Assembly (NCBI GenBank): GCA_048270185.1
Contig: JBLWTJ010000003.1
Coordinates: 256,001 to 320,000, forward strand
DNA length: 64,000 nt
Origin: Bacteriovoracaceae bacterium
GTDB taxonomy: Bacteria > Bdellovibrionota > Bacteriovoracia > Bacteriovoracales > Bacteriovoracaceae
Direction: 5' to 3'
Numbering within the stretch: position 1 is the first letter of the stretch; every line of letters begins with the position of its first letter. Shown piece by piece: positions 8,272 to 17,764 of this stretch. A model generated the notes under the pieces. The model was not told the DNA's origin and made no database searches. It saw only the letters and a program-made list of their open reading frames with translations. The position numbers were made by a program, and so were the translations under genes.

Positions 8272-8777
8272 GGAAGAATAGCTTTATAACCTTCTGGGAT
8301 AATATTCCAGGCATCGTTAACGAAACGAATTTCTTTTGCTTCACTATCAATTTTATAAATTTTCTCTCCACACTGAAGCCAGTTAAGTATTCCGCCAAAG
8401 AGATTTTTAAATTCAGTATCAGGGTTTGATTTTGTTAGCTCTAAAATTGCCTTTGTGGATCTTGTTCCAATTGTTGAGTAGATGATAACTTCTTTACCTG
8501 CAAGCATTGGTTCTAAGTCGTGAAGTTTTGAAAGTGGGATAGCTCTTTCAAGGTGACTTACTTCAAATTGAAAAAAGTCTCGAGCATCAACGACTACGAG
8601 ACGGTTATCTTTTTGACGATAGCGGCTCTTTAAATAGTCACATTCAATACTTTCAACATTTGGATATTTCTTTGCCAAAGCAGAGGCCATACTTTTAATA
8701 ACTTTGCTCTGATCTTTAATTCCTTCTGTGTTAATACAAGAAGTTAGAAGTATTAGTGATAAGAGGATATATTTCAT
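8268..8777 (-). CDS. Rhodanese-like lipoprotein, catalytic Cys apparently replaced by Ser
   Basis: Lipobox LTSC, VVDAR..FEVSHL..AI, IIYSTIGTRS and NLFGGILNW. Confidence 0.8.
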   Translation of the reverse strand: MKYILLSLILLTSCINTEGIKDQSKVIKSMASALAKKYPNVESIECDYLKSRYRQKDNRLVVVDARDFFQFEVSHLERAIPLSKLHDLEPMLAGKEVIIYSTIGTRSTKAILELTKSNPDTEFKNLFGGILNWLQCGEKIYKIDSEAKEIRFVNDAWNIIPEGYKAILP

Positions 8778-8873
8778 TTTTCATCCATTTTTTATTGTGA
8801 TTTAGCAGACTTAGTCATTTTGCCAAATCTTTAATTATTTGACCATGAATAAAACTTCTTAGATAATTTAAAT

Positions 8874-10154
8874 ATGCAAAAACTCTTGAAATTTCTATTC
8901 TTATTAAATATTTCCCTGCTAAATTCATATGCAGCAAGCCTCGAACTTACAGAGACATCTGATCCTGTTATCAAACTAATGTCTGATAGTACGACTGAGA
9001 TAAATAATCTATTTGTTACTTCATCTGGAGATGCCAGAACTCTTGATGCAGCTCCTAAAATTTATGCACCAATTGGCTTGTCTTCAGGTACTCCATCTTC
9101 AAATTACTTCATTAGTGGCGTGACCCTTCCAAAAGCAACTGGGACATCTGGCGGTATACAGCTTACGGATGTGAGTGTAACTGGAGTAGGAAGTACAGAG
9201 AAGATCTATACTGCTATTTTAAATAATGATGATTCGACACCAACTTATCGTATTATTGGAGAGGTTACGAATCAGATAAATCCGTTTGTACCATATACTG
9301 CTTTATGTTTAACTGACTCAGTTGTATGCGAAGGATTTAGTGACTCAACTGCTTCGATCAAGCCAAATCTTGAGCTTGTTATTTTCGTTGCTTCGTCTGA
9401 TGCTGACTACTCAAATAATGATGATGTTAATGTTGATGATATCCCAGATGCCGTGGGGCAAGCTCTCTTTTTTAAGCTTATAATGAGTTCTTCAACTATA
9501 ATAAGTAGCCAAACACCTTTGATTACAGCAGATTATGATGGTGATTCAATGGGAGTCATTGAATACACTGGTGATTTTGGGTCAAACTCAAAGTATATTT
9601 CTCGTATTGTTTCTTATACTGATACTTCAAGTGGTACATTAAAGGGCGCAAGTCTAAGAGAGGTTAACGAAGGTGTTGGTGAAGAGGGAAGTATTACAGT
9701 TAGAAACCTTGCCAATAATCAAACCTACTTCTCGAGTATCGCTTATGTCGACCACTTTGGTTTCACTTCACAACTAAGTTCTGAAGTAACTCTTACTCCA
9801 AGACCAATTGAGGCCTTATTGGCCGCTAATCAATGCTACTTTGTGACGGCCGGGTTTCAACGCAATCACTATGTCCTAAATTACTTCCGCTATATTAGGG
9901 ATGAATTTCTACTAAAGTCGACAGTCGGAAAGGCATTTGTTGACTTTTATTATAGCAGTGCGCCACAATATGTCGGCTATATTCTAAATAACAAGTCCAT
10001 CGCTCATCGTGTAAAATCATATAGTTTCTCAACTTATTTTGTTTTACAAAATATGGCCTCTATAATAGGATGCATGTTACTACTTGCTGTATTTAACTAT
10101 TTTAGAAGACAAAGAAGAGAGCAATTTTATGCCTTACAAAGTTCTAATTGTTGA
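8874..10154 (+). CDS. Secreted Ser/Thr-rich surface protein with C-terminal CFI-box-CTERM-like domain
   Basis: Signal peptide; C-terminal CYFVTAGF...FRYIRDEFLLKSTVGKAFVDFYYSSAP, then a TM helix and an RRQRR basic tail. Confidence 0.75.
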   Translation: MQKLLKFLFLLNISLLNSYAASLELTETSDPVIKLMSDSTTEINNLFVTSSGDARTLDAAPKIYAPIGLSSGTPSSNYFISGVTLPKATGTSGGIQLTDVSVTGVGSTEKIYTAILNNDDSTPTYRIIGEVTNQINPFVPYTALCLTDSVVCEGFSDSTASIKPNLELVIFVASSDADYSNNDDVNVDDIPDAVGQALFFKLIMSSSTIISSQTPLITADYDGDSMGVIEYTGDFGSNSKYISRIVSYTDTSSGTLKGASLREVNEGVGEEGSITVRNLANNQTYFSSIAYVDHFGFTSQLSSEVTLTPRPIEALLAANQCYFVTAGFQRNHYVLNYFRYIRDEFLLKSTVGKAFVDFYYSSAPQYVGYILNNKSIAHRVKSYSFSTYFVLQNMASIIGCMLLLAVFNYFRRQRREQFYALQSSNC

Positions 10155-10500
10155 TGACGAACCAGATATTCTCGAGCTTTTAGCTGAAGAGCTAGAGTTT
10201 GAAGGATACGAGATTGAATGTGCCTATTCAGGGAATTCAGCTGTTAAGCTCATCGATAACGGTCATACTTTCGACGCTATTATCTCAGATTATAAAATGC
10301 CTGACGGTAATGGGAAGGTTGTGCTCGATTATTCGAATGGCCACAAAGATCAGAAAGAAAAAGTTTTCTACTTTGTTTCTGGCCAGGCCGATATTTCACT
10401 CAAAGAGGCCATGAAAGAGGGTGTTACACGCTTTTTCTATAAGCCATTTGATCTGGATGAATTACTTACTAGTTTAAAGAGCGACCTCGGACAGTCTTAG
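10129..10500 (+). CDS. Single-domain response regulator (CheY-like receiver)
   Basis: VLIVDDE, ISDYKMPDGNG, VSG and KPF. ATG 10129 preferred as start. Confidence 0.92.
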   Translation: MPYKVLIVDDEPDILELLAEELEFEGYEIECAYSGNSAVKLIDNGHTFDAIISDYKMPDGNGKVVLDYSNGHKDQKEKVFYFVSGQADISLKEAMKEGVTRFFYKPFDLDELLTSLKSDLGQS

Positions 10501-11510
10501 TTTAAGACTGTCGAGTGATTGCCACGTACATAGCGATTCTTTCCAACATGATCTTCTTTATTTTCTTCCATTAGAAGATCCCAAAATCCATCCATTTCAT
10601 CATACTTTGCAATTAGCTCATATGTACGCCCAAGACCTTGCCTCGAGAATGCACTTCTTTGGAATTCAACATTAGTTCTAAGACTATCAAACTCACCTCT
10701 AAGAGTTGCAACTGTTTCATCTGTAAGGTCAGCGAACTCTTCTTGCATAAGATCTAAGATACGGTTTGCAAGTCTCTTAGGTCCAAAGTAACTTGAAATA
10801 AATTTAACAAATACTGTCGCATTGATCTTTCTAAGAATAGGGTTGGCCTTATCGTAGAATGCACTCAGGAAGCATTCATCAATCTGCTGGTGTCTAACTT
10901 CATCAAGCATATGATAGTAGTGACATTGCCAGAAGTTCCAGTCCACATCATTCTTCTTTAGGGCCTTATTATATTTTTTCGAAATATCCAGGGTTCTTTC
11001 TTCAAAGAAGAGAGCAATCCAAATCCACCATAGAAAGATCTGTGGAAACATTGTTACGATCTTCATAATGATATTTTGAGTACGAGTTAATTTAAAAATT
11101 CTTAGTGGATTCTCTTTTGAATAATTATGCGGCTCGGCCTTCATTAACATTCTTAAGAAGATCTCACCGTGTTTGTCCTCTTCTTCCATAAAGTGATCAA
11201 TGGCCTCTGCCATTTGATCATTTAATTTATAGATTCGCTTACAGCTTCTTAGAGCTGGATTTAGAAGTACATTTTCAAACCAAATAAATTGCTCACAAAT
11301 TGATAGACCAATTAATTGGTTGAAGCGAAGTTTTTGAGCATCAGTTAAGAGGTCATAGCTTGGAAGATAAGAGAGAGTAATCATCTCATCTGGAGTCCAT
11401 TTTAAGCTATGATCAATAGGCTTAGTCCAATCTAGGGCCTCAACAGTGAAGGCGCGATCAATAGATTGCTTATTTAGCCTTTCTAATTTTTCAACTAGTC
11501 TTGTTTCCAT
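10497..11510 (-). CDS. AurF/CmlI-type diiron oxygenase (ferritin-like)
   Basis: Carboxylate/His ligand spacing WFE...EEDKH...FFEE...HMLDEVRH (HxxDExxH). Confidence 0.8.
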   Translation of the reverse strand: METRLVEKLERLNKQSIDRAFTVEALDWTKPIDHSLKWTPDEMITLSYLPSYDLLTDAQKLRFNQLIGLSICEQFIWFENVLLNPALRSCKRIYKLNDQMAEAIDHFMEEEDKHGEIFLRMLMKAEPHNYSKENPLRIFKLTRTQNIIMKIVTMFPQIFLWWIWIALFFEERTLDISKKYNKALKKNDVDWNFWQCHYYHMLDEVRHQQIDECFLSAFYDKANPILRKINATVFVKFISSYFGPKRLANRILDLMQEEFADLTDETVATLRGEFDSLRTNVEFQRSAFSRQGLGRTYELIAKYDEMDGFWDLLMEENKEDHVGKNRYVRGNHSTVLN

Positions 11511-11758
11511 ATTGCCCTCAATTCTTCTTTATGATTATTTTCTAGGTAATTAATTAAGTCCTGTGTTGTCTGACACTGGAGGAAGATCGTAACAGGTAGC
11601 TCATCAAAGTCTTCCTTAAGCCTTGCAATGAACGACATAGCGTCATATGAGTCAAGGCCAAGTGTTGCAAACTTTGTCTCAAGATTGAGTTCGATATTCT
11701 TTTCTTCAGCAACTTCTGCAATCGCTTCATTTAAATATTTTAGAACCTCTTGAGTCAT
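11495..11758 (-). CDS. Acyl carrier protein
   Basis: 87 aa, acidic, LGLDS phosphopantetheine site; lies between the FAAL and the diiron enzyme. Confidence 0.88.
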   Translation of the reverse strand: MTQEVLKYLNEAIAEVAEEKNIELNLETKFATLGLDSYDAMSFIARLKEDFDELPVTIFLQCQTTQDLINYLENNHKEELRAIWKQD

Positions 11759-11772
11759 ATTTAATTCCCGCT

Positions 11773-13389
11773 TTATCTACCTATATTTTCTCTTAATAAG
11801 AAATTGAATTTAAATTTATTTTTAATAAAAGATGCTTTTAGGAGTTCAAATCGATAACGATTCTCTCTCGAAGTTAGCTCGCCACTTAAGAAGCGCTTCT
11901 TAGCATCCTGTCTCTTTACTTTACCACTTGTTGTCTTCTTCAGGGTAAGCTCTGGAAGAATTACTATGTGGTGTTTAGAAATAGACACTTTTTTGCTCAC
12001 GACCTCAGCGATTTGAGACTTGATTTTATCTCGACAAGTAGCTGATTTTTCGTTGATTTCTGCCACAATATAGGCCGTCTCACTCTTTTCATCACTAACA
12101 GAGAAGGCAACGACACGTCCGAGCTTAACTTCAGGAACTTGGGCCGCTAAGAACTCAATATCATTGGCAAAGATATTGACTCCATTACAGATGATGAGAT
12201 CCTTACTTCTTCCTGTTACATAGAGGTTATTGTCTTTAAGAAAACCTAGATCTCCCGTATTAAGCCAGCCGTCTTCTAAGTGAGACTCACGTCCGTAGTA
12301 GTGAGTTGAAATCGATGGTCCTTTGATATAGATTTCACCTATACCATTGTCACTATTTCTAATCTCAATCTGAGTTGGAGCAAGTACCTTTCCACATGAG
12401 ATATATTCTTCACCATCACGATTTGTTGACTCATACTTTGTTTCAACTTCGTGAAAAGTAACAGCAAGAGTTGCTTCAGCAAGCCCGTATACTGGCATAA
12501 TTGCATTGGCATTAAAGCCATACTTTGCAAATCTCTTAGAAAATGCATCAAGGACATTTCTCTTAATGGGCTCAGCTCCGCATTGAGCAAAGCGGATATG
12601 ACTTAAGTCTAATCCTTCAAGCTTACTTTCTGGAATCTTTGTCGCACACACATAGTAGGCCGAGTTTGGAATACAAAGTGCAGAGCACTTTGTTTCAGAC
12701 ACAAGCTTAAGCCACTTATGAGGGGCGAGCATATAGTCTTGAGTTCGAACAATATGACATGGAAGATTCTTTAAAAGAGCAGTCAGTAAACTTCCTATCA
12801 GTCCCATATCATGGTGTAGGGGAAGCCACGTGCAGATTGAATCGTTCTCATTGAGTTTTATTCCAGTATTGATTTGTTCATTATTTGCTAAGAGATTTCT
12901 TTGGCTGACTACGACACCTTTAGGGGCAGAAGTTGATCCAGATGAAAATTGAATAAAGCAAGTATCGTCTAATGTTGGGTTATAGAAGCTAGTGTCCAAT
13001 GGTGAATTTTCTAATTGCGCTATATTTGTAAAATTAGCAGGTGTAGACTTTGAGGCGATATACTTAGTTTTTGCACTTGTAGCAAATTGCATAAGTAGTG
13101 TTTCAAAATCATCTTTTAGCATAAGAGCGTTGGATGCCATTGGAACTGGTGTATTCTTAGAAAGAAGAATACCAAAGAAATATGTCACAAAACTTTCTTC
13201 GTTTTCAAATGAGAGAATAATATTCTCATTCTCAATTGCTTGTGCCTTAATATTTGAAGCAATTTGCTTTGCCTTGAGCATCAGTTCATCAATTGATAGT
13301 GAACTTACTAGCTTAAAGTTCTTGTAAAAGAATAGAACTTCTTTGTCTTTATTTGTGTTGCTATTAAGTAGTTCTAGAATATTATTCAT
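11773..13389 (-). CDS. Fatty acyl-AMP ligase (FAAL)
   Basis: FIQFSSGSTSAPKGV, WLPLHHDMGLIG, GAEPI, YGLAEATL, TGDLGF, GRSKDLII and KTTSGK. Confidence 0.88.
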   Translation of the reverse strand: MNNILELLNSNTNKDKEVLFFYKNFKLVSSLSIDELMLKAKQIASNIKAQAIENENIILSFENEESFVTYFFGILLSKNTPVPMASNALMLKDDFETLLMQFATSAKTKYIASKSTPANFTNIAQLENSPLDTSFYNPTLDDTCFIQFSSGSTSAPKGVVVSQRNLLANNEQINTGIKLNENDSICTWLPLHHDMGLIGSLLTALLKNLPCHIVRTQDYMLAPHKWLKLVSETKCSALCIPNSAYYVCATKIPESKLEGLDLSHIRFAQCGAEPIKRNVLDAFSKRFAKYGFNANAIMPVYGLAEATLAVTFHEVETKYESTNRDGEEYISCGKVLAPTQIEIRNSDNGIGEIYIKGPSISTHYYGRESHLEDGWLNTGDLGFLKDNNLYVTGRSKDLIICNGVNIFANDIEFLAAQVPEVKLGRVVAFSVSDEKSETAYIVAEINEKSATCRDKIKSQIAEVVSKKVSISKHHIVILPELTLKKTTSGKVKRQDAKKRFLSGELTSRENRYRFELLKASFIKNKFKFNFLLRENIGR

Positions 13390-15739
13390 TCAGAGCTCCT
13401 TCGAGGTAGCTTATAATCTCCATCGTACGATTAAAAACAACAGGCATGAATTCATATTCAGAAACACTGTGTCCCACATAGTAGAAGAGCACTCGATTTA
13501 ATAAATATTCATTTGCACAGGCAAGCATATTAGTTAGCTTCTCCTTGCGCGCTAGTTCTAATGAATCTTGAGCAAGATAATAATCAATATCGGCTTCAAT
13601 CTCAGTTACAGGTGTTGTAAAACTCATAAACTCAACAAGGTCGCGATATGGAGAGTTATATCTCGATAACTCCCAATCATAGAAACATGGACGGCCATTC
13701 TTAAAGCAGATATTTCTTGGATTAAAATCATTATGAGTCAGAGTTTTTGGGCCCTGATCGATAATTTTCATCCACGAGGAGCTTTCTTTAACTATTGATT
13801 CAAGCTTAGCTTCCGTCTCTTTACTGATATAATTTTGCGCTCTGATATAAGTAATAATCGAATCACATAGGTCGGTATCAATACTTGTCTTACCTGTATT
13901 TAGAGAAGATTCTCTAATTAAATCACTCTCGCTAAAATGAGTGTGAACTTTTGAGATGGCATTATAAATGAGCTCTCTAGTGGACTTCGTCCAGAGATCA
14001 AGTTGGCCTTGAGTATTCATTAGCTCAATTTGAGTGTCATTTAAGTTCTCTAAAAGTAGTAAATAAGCTTCTTTTTGCGTGTTGATATACGTTCCATGTA
14101 GTTTTGGAAGATATCTTTCAAATTCTTGAGATACGAATTCATATGCTTCAATTTCTCGAATATGACATTTTGTAAACTCGTTATCTGATTTTGTCTTTAA
14201 GAACTTGCGTCTAATATCACTGTCGGCAAAACCAGCAATGGCCGCAAGACCTGCGATAACGTCACTATCCATAGGCTTTGATTTAAGGATGATTTTGTCC
14301 TTACCATCTACTGTAAGGGCCGTAAAACCAAGGGCCTTGTTAACAACACGTGATGTGGCCTCTGTAATGATTCCGTTTTCAATATTAATTTTTACATCAT
14401 GTTCAATACTTTCAGCATTCTTAATAATATCACTTTGAACCTTAAAGTTTTCAGTGATGAATTCCTTTGTAATATCTTTTGTCTTAATTTGATCTTTTGG
14501 ATTATTGCGTCCTAGTTTGTCGTGAGCGTAAGCAAATTGGCCTCCACAGATGGCCGACATTGTTGAAAGCTCAAGAGAGAGGGCAGCACCAGCAATGATT
14601 TTGGCAAGTCTTTCAACTTTTCCAGCACCAGAGCATCCAATTGATTGAAGACAGTTCTTATAATGTCCAAGCCCTGTTCCACCACCAACTGTTCCAATAA
14701 CAAGAGAAGGTAGTGTTAAGCTTACATAGAGTCCTTTTTCATGTTTCTCAAAGTTTAAAACGGCCGTCGAAGACTCGTGAATACAAGCAAGGTCTTGCCC
14801 TGTTGAAGCAAAGATTGCAGCAACAGCGTTTGCAACGTTTACGTTATATCCTGTCATTCCCTCTAGGCGAGTGATAGGAAGTGACCTTAAGTATAGATTA
14901 ATAAGATCTGTTGAAGTTGTTTTTAGAACTCTTTGTAGAACTTTTTCTGTGATAACACATTCTGCTGTGACATATGTACCACGTGTTTGCATTGCTGAAC
15001 CAACTGAAACTTTTTTATCGCTTGATCCATTTCCTTCTAAGAAGAATTCAATCATCTTAATCTTAGAAGTTAGCATTTCTTCTTTAATCCAAAGACATGC
15101 CTGCCAAGTACAAACAGTTGTCATATTTTGACCAGAAGCATCCCCTGACTCATAAATGAATTTTGCGTGTACGTTACGTCCAATAAGAACGGGTTTAATT
15201 TTTATAAGATTTGCAAAGTTTGAATATTTCTTAGTGATACTTTTAATTGTATTAAAATTTTCTTCCAGCCAATTAATAAAATCATCAGCGTGATCGATAT
15301 TTTCAAATGTAAATACTGGTGCGCGATACATGCGCTTTCTTGTTACACGAGAGCGAAAACCACCACAAAGTGAAATAGCAAAAGCACCACGAGTAATTGA
15401 AGAAACAAGAGCTCCTTCAGAAGTTGCAATAGGAATATAAATATCTTCTTTTTCTTGATCTTTACCAATCATCTTAAGTGGCCCACAAATACCAAGTGGA
15501 ATTGAGACGCTCCCAGCATAGGACTCAATATTTCCCTTTAGATTAAAACCATCAAGATCAGTGTTGATTAAAGACTCAAGACTTTCTCCGCATTGTTCTT
15601 CAAGAATTGAAATACGCTTAAGGCGTGCGGCCTCAGAATAGTCAAAACGCGAAGGAGCCGATGCCTTTCTTGTCGGTTGTTCATTTGGGATTGTCACCTG
15701 TGAGGAAGCACTATTTGTTGCTGAGATTTCTATTTTCAT
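13382..15739 (-). CDS. Class I HMG-CoA reductase-like domain fused to a C-terminal APH/choline-kinase-like phosphotransferase
   Basis: N-terminal half has PIATSEGALVSS..RG, GDASGQNM, GNGSSDKK, GTVGGGT and a late His (AHDKLGR). C-terminal part has THNDFNPRN and FYDWE kinase motifs. Confidence 0.88.
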   Translation of the reverse strand: MKIEISATNSASSQVTIPNEQPTRKASAPSRFDYSEAARLKRISILEEQCGESLESLINTDLDGFNLKGNIESYAGSVSIPLGICGPLKMIGKDQEKEDIYIPIATSEGALVSSITRGAFAISLCGGFRSRVTRKRMYRAPVFTFENIDHADDFINWLEENFNTIKSITKKYSNFANLIKIKPVLIGRNVHAKFIYESGDASGQNMTTVCTWQACLWIKEEMLTSKIKMIEFFLEGNGSSDKKVSVGSAMQTRGTYVTAECVITEKVLQRVLKTTSTDLINLYLRSLPITRLEGMTGYNVNVANAVAAIFASTGQDLACIHESSTAVLNFEKHEKGLYVSLTLPSLVIGTVGGGTGLGHYKNCLQSIGCSGAGKVERLAKIIAGAALSLELSTMSAICGGQFAYAHDKLGRNNPKDQIKTKDITKEFITENFKVQSDIIKNAESIEHDVKINIENGIITEATSRVVNKALGFTALTVDGKDKIILKSKPMDSDVIAGLAAIAGFADSDIRRKFLKTKSDNEFTKCHIREIEAYEFVSQEFERYLPKLHGTYINTQKEAYLLLLENLNDTQIELMNTQGQLDLWTKSTRELIYNAISKVHTHFSESDLIRESSLNTGKTSIDTDLCDSIITYIRAQNYISKETEAKLESIVKESSSWMKIIDQGPKTLTHNDFNPRNICFKNGRPCFYDWELSRYNSPYRDLVEFMSFTTPVTEIEADIDYYLAQDSLELARKEKLTNMLACANEYLLNRVLFYYVGHSVSEYEFMPVVFNRTMEIISYLEGALNE

Positions 15740-15843
15740 TCTTCAAATATAGCTTAAACAGGGATTGTTAAGTGGCTTTATGAAAATAGTATAGTGGCCG
15801 TCTGTTAAGTAGACAGAAAGTGTATCCCTATAAAATCAGTGAC

Positions 15844-16770
15844 TTATAGGCTGAATAACGTGTACCTTCGATCTCTTTGTGAAATATCCTTGGCAAAGAG
15901 TGAAGGAAGATTTCCATCTCTCATAAGACACAGGTAGGCCTGCTCATACTTGTCTCTAATGGCCGGGATAATAGACTTTAGTAAATAGATAAAGGTTAGT
16001 CCCATATGGCGATGATCTGGGTGAACTCCCATGGTCTTAATAAGTAGTCGTTTGGCGCTTGGATCTGTGACGTCAATGAAGTTTAAGATGATCCCAATGA
16101 TCTCGTTAGATCCTTTTTCAATAAGACAACACGATGTATGCGGGCAGATAATGGCCGCCATTTGTCGCCCATATTTTTGTTTGAAGGTATCAAGTGTGAC
16201 ACTTGAGTAGGCGAGATTATCACCAAAGACTTCTTCGGCACTTGCATAGAATTTATCAATATTTGAAAGCCAGTAATCGGCATCAATCATTTGAAGTTCA
16301 TAAGCAGATTCAATTGTATTTTGGTCAATACCATCAAATTGTTCGGACCACTTAAGAAGTTTTTCAAAATCATTAATTTCATAAGTTAGATATTTTTCAA
16401 ATACTTCACCATGTTGACTTAAAAAATTATAGAAGTTCATGTCACAAGGAGGCTCCATCAGATAAGTCGGCCTATAATCTTCATCACAAAGACGGTAAGT
16501 GTTATATGTTGAAAAATTTAGGGGACCAACAATCTTTTCACACTTATTCTTTGTCTTGTAGGCAATGGCAGCTTCCTTGAAAGCGTCAAATTCGATCTGT
16601 GTGAAGTTACCATGACAAAAACCAAAATAAGCACAGTCTGCTATTTTAAAGAAAATCGAATGACTACTTCCAGAAGTAAATTGTTCGATATTTAATAATT
16701 CCGGTCCATTCTTAAATAGTTCATATTCAATCTGTTGTTCTGGTGAAAGTAATTCGATATTAATTGACAT
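15844..16770 (-). CDS. GNAT-fold acyltransferase (YghO-like)
   Basis: IVGPLNFSTYNTYRL and the acyl-CoA binding motif KTMGVHPDHRHMGL. Confidence 0.7.
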   Translation of the reverse strand: MSINIELLSPEQQIEYELFKNGPELLNIEQFTSGSSHSIFFKIADCAYFGFCHGNFTQIEFDAFKEAAIAYKTKNKCEKIVGPLNFSTYNTYRLCDEDYRPTYLMEPPCDMNFYNFLSQHGEVFEKYLTYEINDFEKLLKWSEQFDGIDQNTIESAYELQMIDADYWLSNIDKFYASAEEVFGDNLAYSSVTLDTFKQKYGRQMAAIICPHTSCCLIEKGSNEIIGIILNFIDVTDPSAKRLLIKTMGVHPDHRHMGLTFIYLLKSIIPAIRDKYEQAYLCLMRDGNLPSLFAKDISQRDRRYTLFSL

Positions 16771-17695
16771 AAATACCTACAATAATTGCAATATAGAGTA
16801 GAAGGGCATAGAGGCCAAAACTTGCTTCATTTTTCTTGCGACCTTTTAGACTTGGTTCTTTGACAAATTTTACAAGAGTAATCTGAGCAAAGACAAATCC
16901 AATTGTTGCCATAGCTATTGTTATGACCTTGTAATTTGGCATAATCGTTGTAAAGAAAAGAAAGCAACCAAGAGTGATAATATTCATAAGAGAGATAATC
17001 ATCACTGTTCCATTAATACCGTAAATCTTTGTGTACGAATCAAGTGTTTCAGTTTCTTCTTCTGGCCCACGACATTTTCTTGTGAACTCATAAGAGAAAC
17101 CGGAAGCAAGACTCATGGCCAGTACAATATAAGTATAGAGTTCAAATTGTGGCATATTCCACTTTGACGACATAATCCAAATAATTATAAGAGGTGAGAC
17201 GAGCATATGAGAAAAAGAGTAGAGTGTTAGTCTCTTCTCAAGCCAACTACCAATAAAGAACTCTTTGGCCATAAGGGTCGACCAAAGATAGACAATACCG
17301 TAACAAATAAGTGTTAGATAATTATTTTCAATAAGAAGACTAAAAGCGATGGCGATAGCTGTAAATAGCACCGCAATGGTATCGAGGTGAGCAAGTTTAA
17401 TTAATCCCCTTTGAAGGGCCCTTTTAGGGTGATTAATGCAATCGATCTCATAATCTTTGTGCTCATCAAAAACTCTAAGTATAAAATAGTGGCCAACAAC
17501 AGCTAGTGCCCCAAGAATATCAAGTAATTTAAACTCTAAATTTTGATCAGTAAGATAGAGTGCAACTCGGCTCATGACAATATAAGTAATAATTCCTGAA
17601 ATAACATTGGCCATTGGAAATCGCTCTTGTGACCAAGCAAAGTATCTCTTATAAAATGGATCTTCTATCGTTATATGACTTATATCCTTACTCAT
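16760..17695 (-). CDS. UbiA-superfamily intramembrane prenyl/alkyltransferase
   Basis: Multiple TM helices and an Asp-rich motif RVFDEHKDYEIDCINHPKRALQRG. Confidence 0.82.
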   Translation of the reverse strand: MSKDISHITIEDPFYKRYFAWSQERFPMANVISGIITYIVMSRVALYLTDQNLEFKLLDILGALAVVGHYFILRVFDEHKDYEIDCINHPKRALQRGLIKLAHLDTIAVLFTAIAIAFSLLIENNYLTLICYGIVYLWSTLMAKEFFIGSWLEKRLTLYSFSHMLVSPLIIIWIMSSKWNMPQFELYTYIVLAMSLASGFSYEFTRKCRGPEEETETLDSYTKIYGINGTVMIISLMNIITLGCFLFFTTIMPNYKVITIAMATIGFVFAQITLVKFVKEPSLKGRKKNEASFGLYALLLYIAIIVGIYVN

Positions 17696-17764
17696 GTATA
17701 AGGCCCCCTTAAAGTATTTATTTCCTTGATTACATTATATAATGAAAACAACTATAATTGGGAT

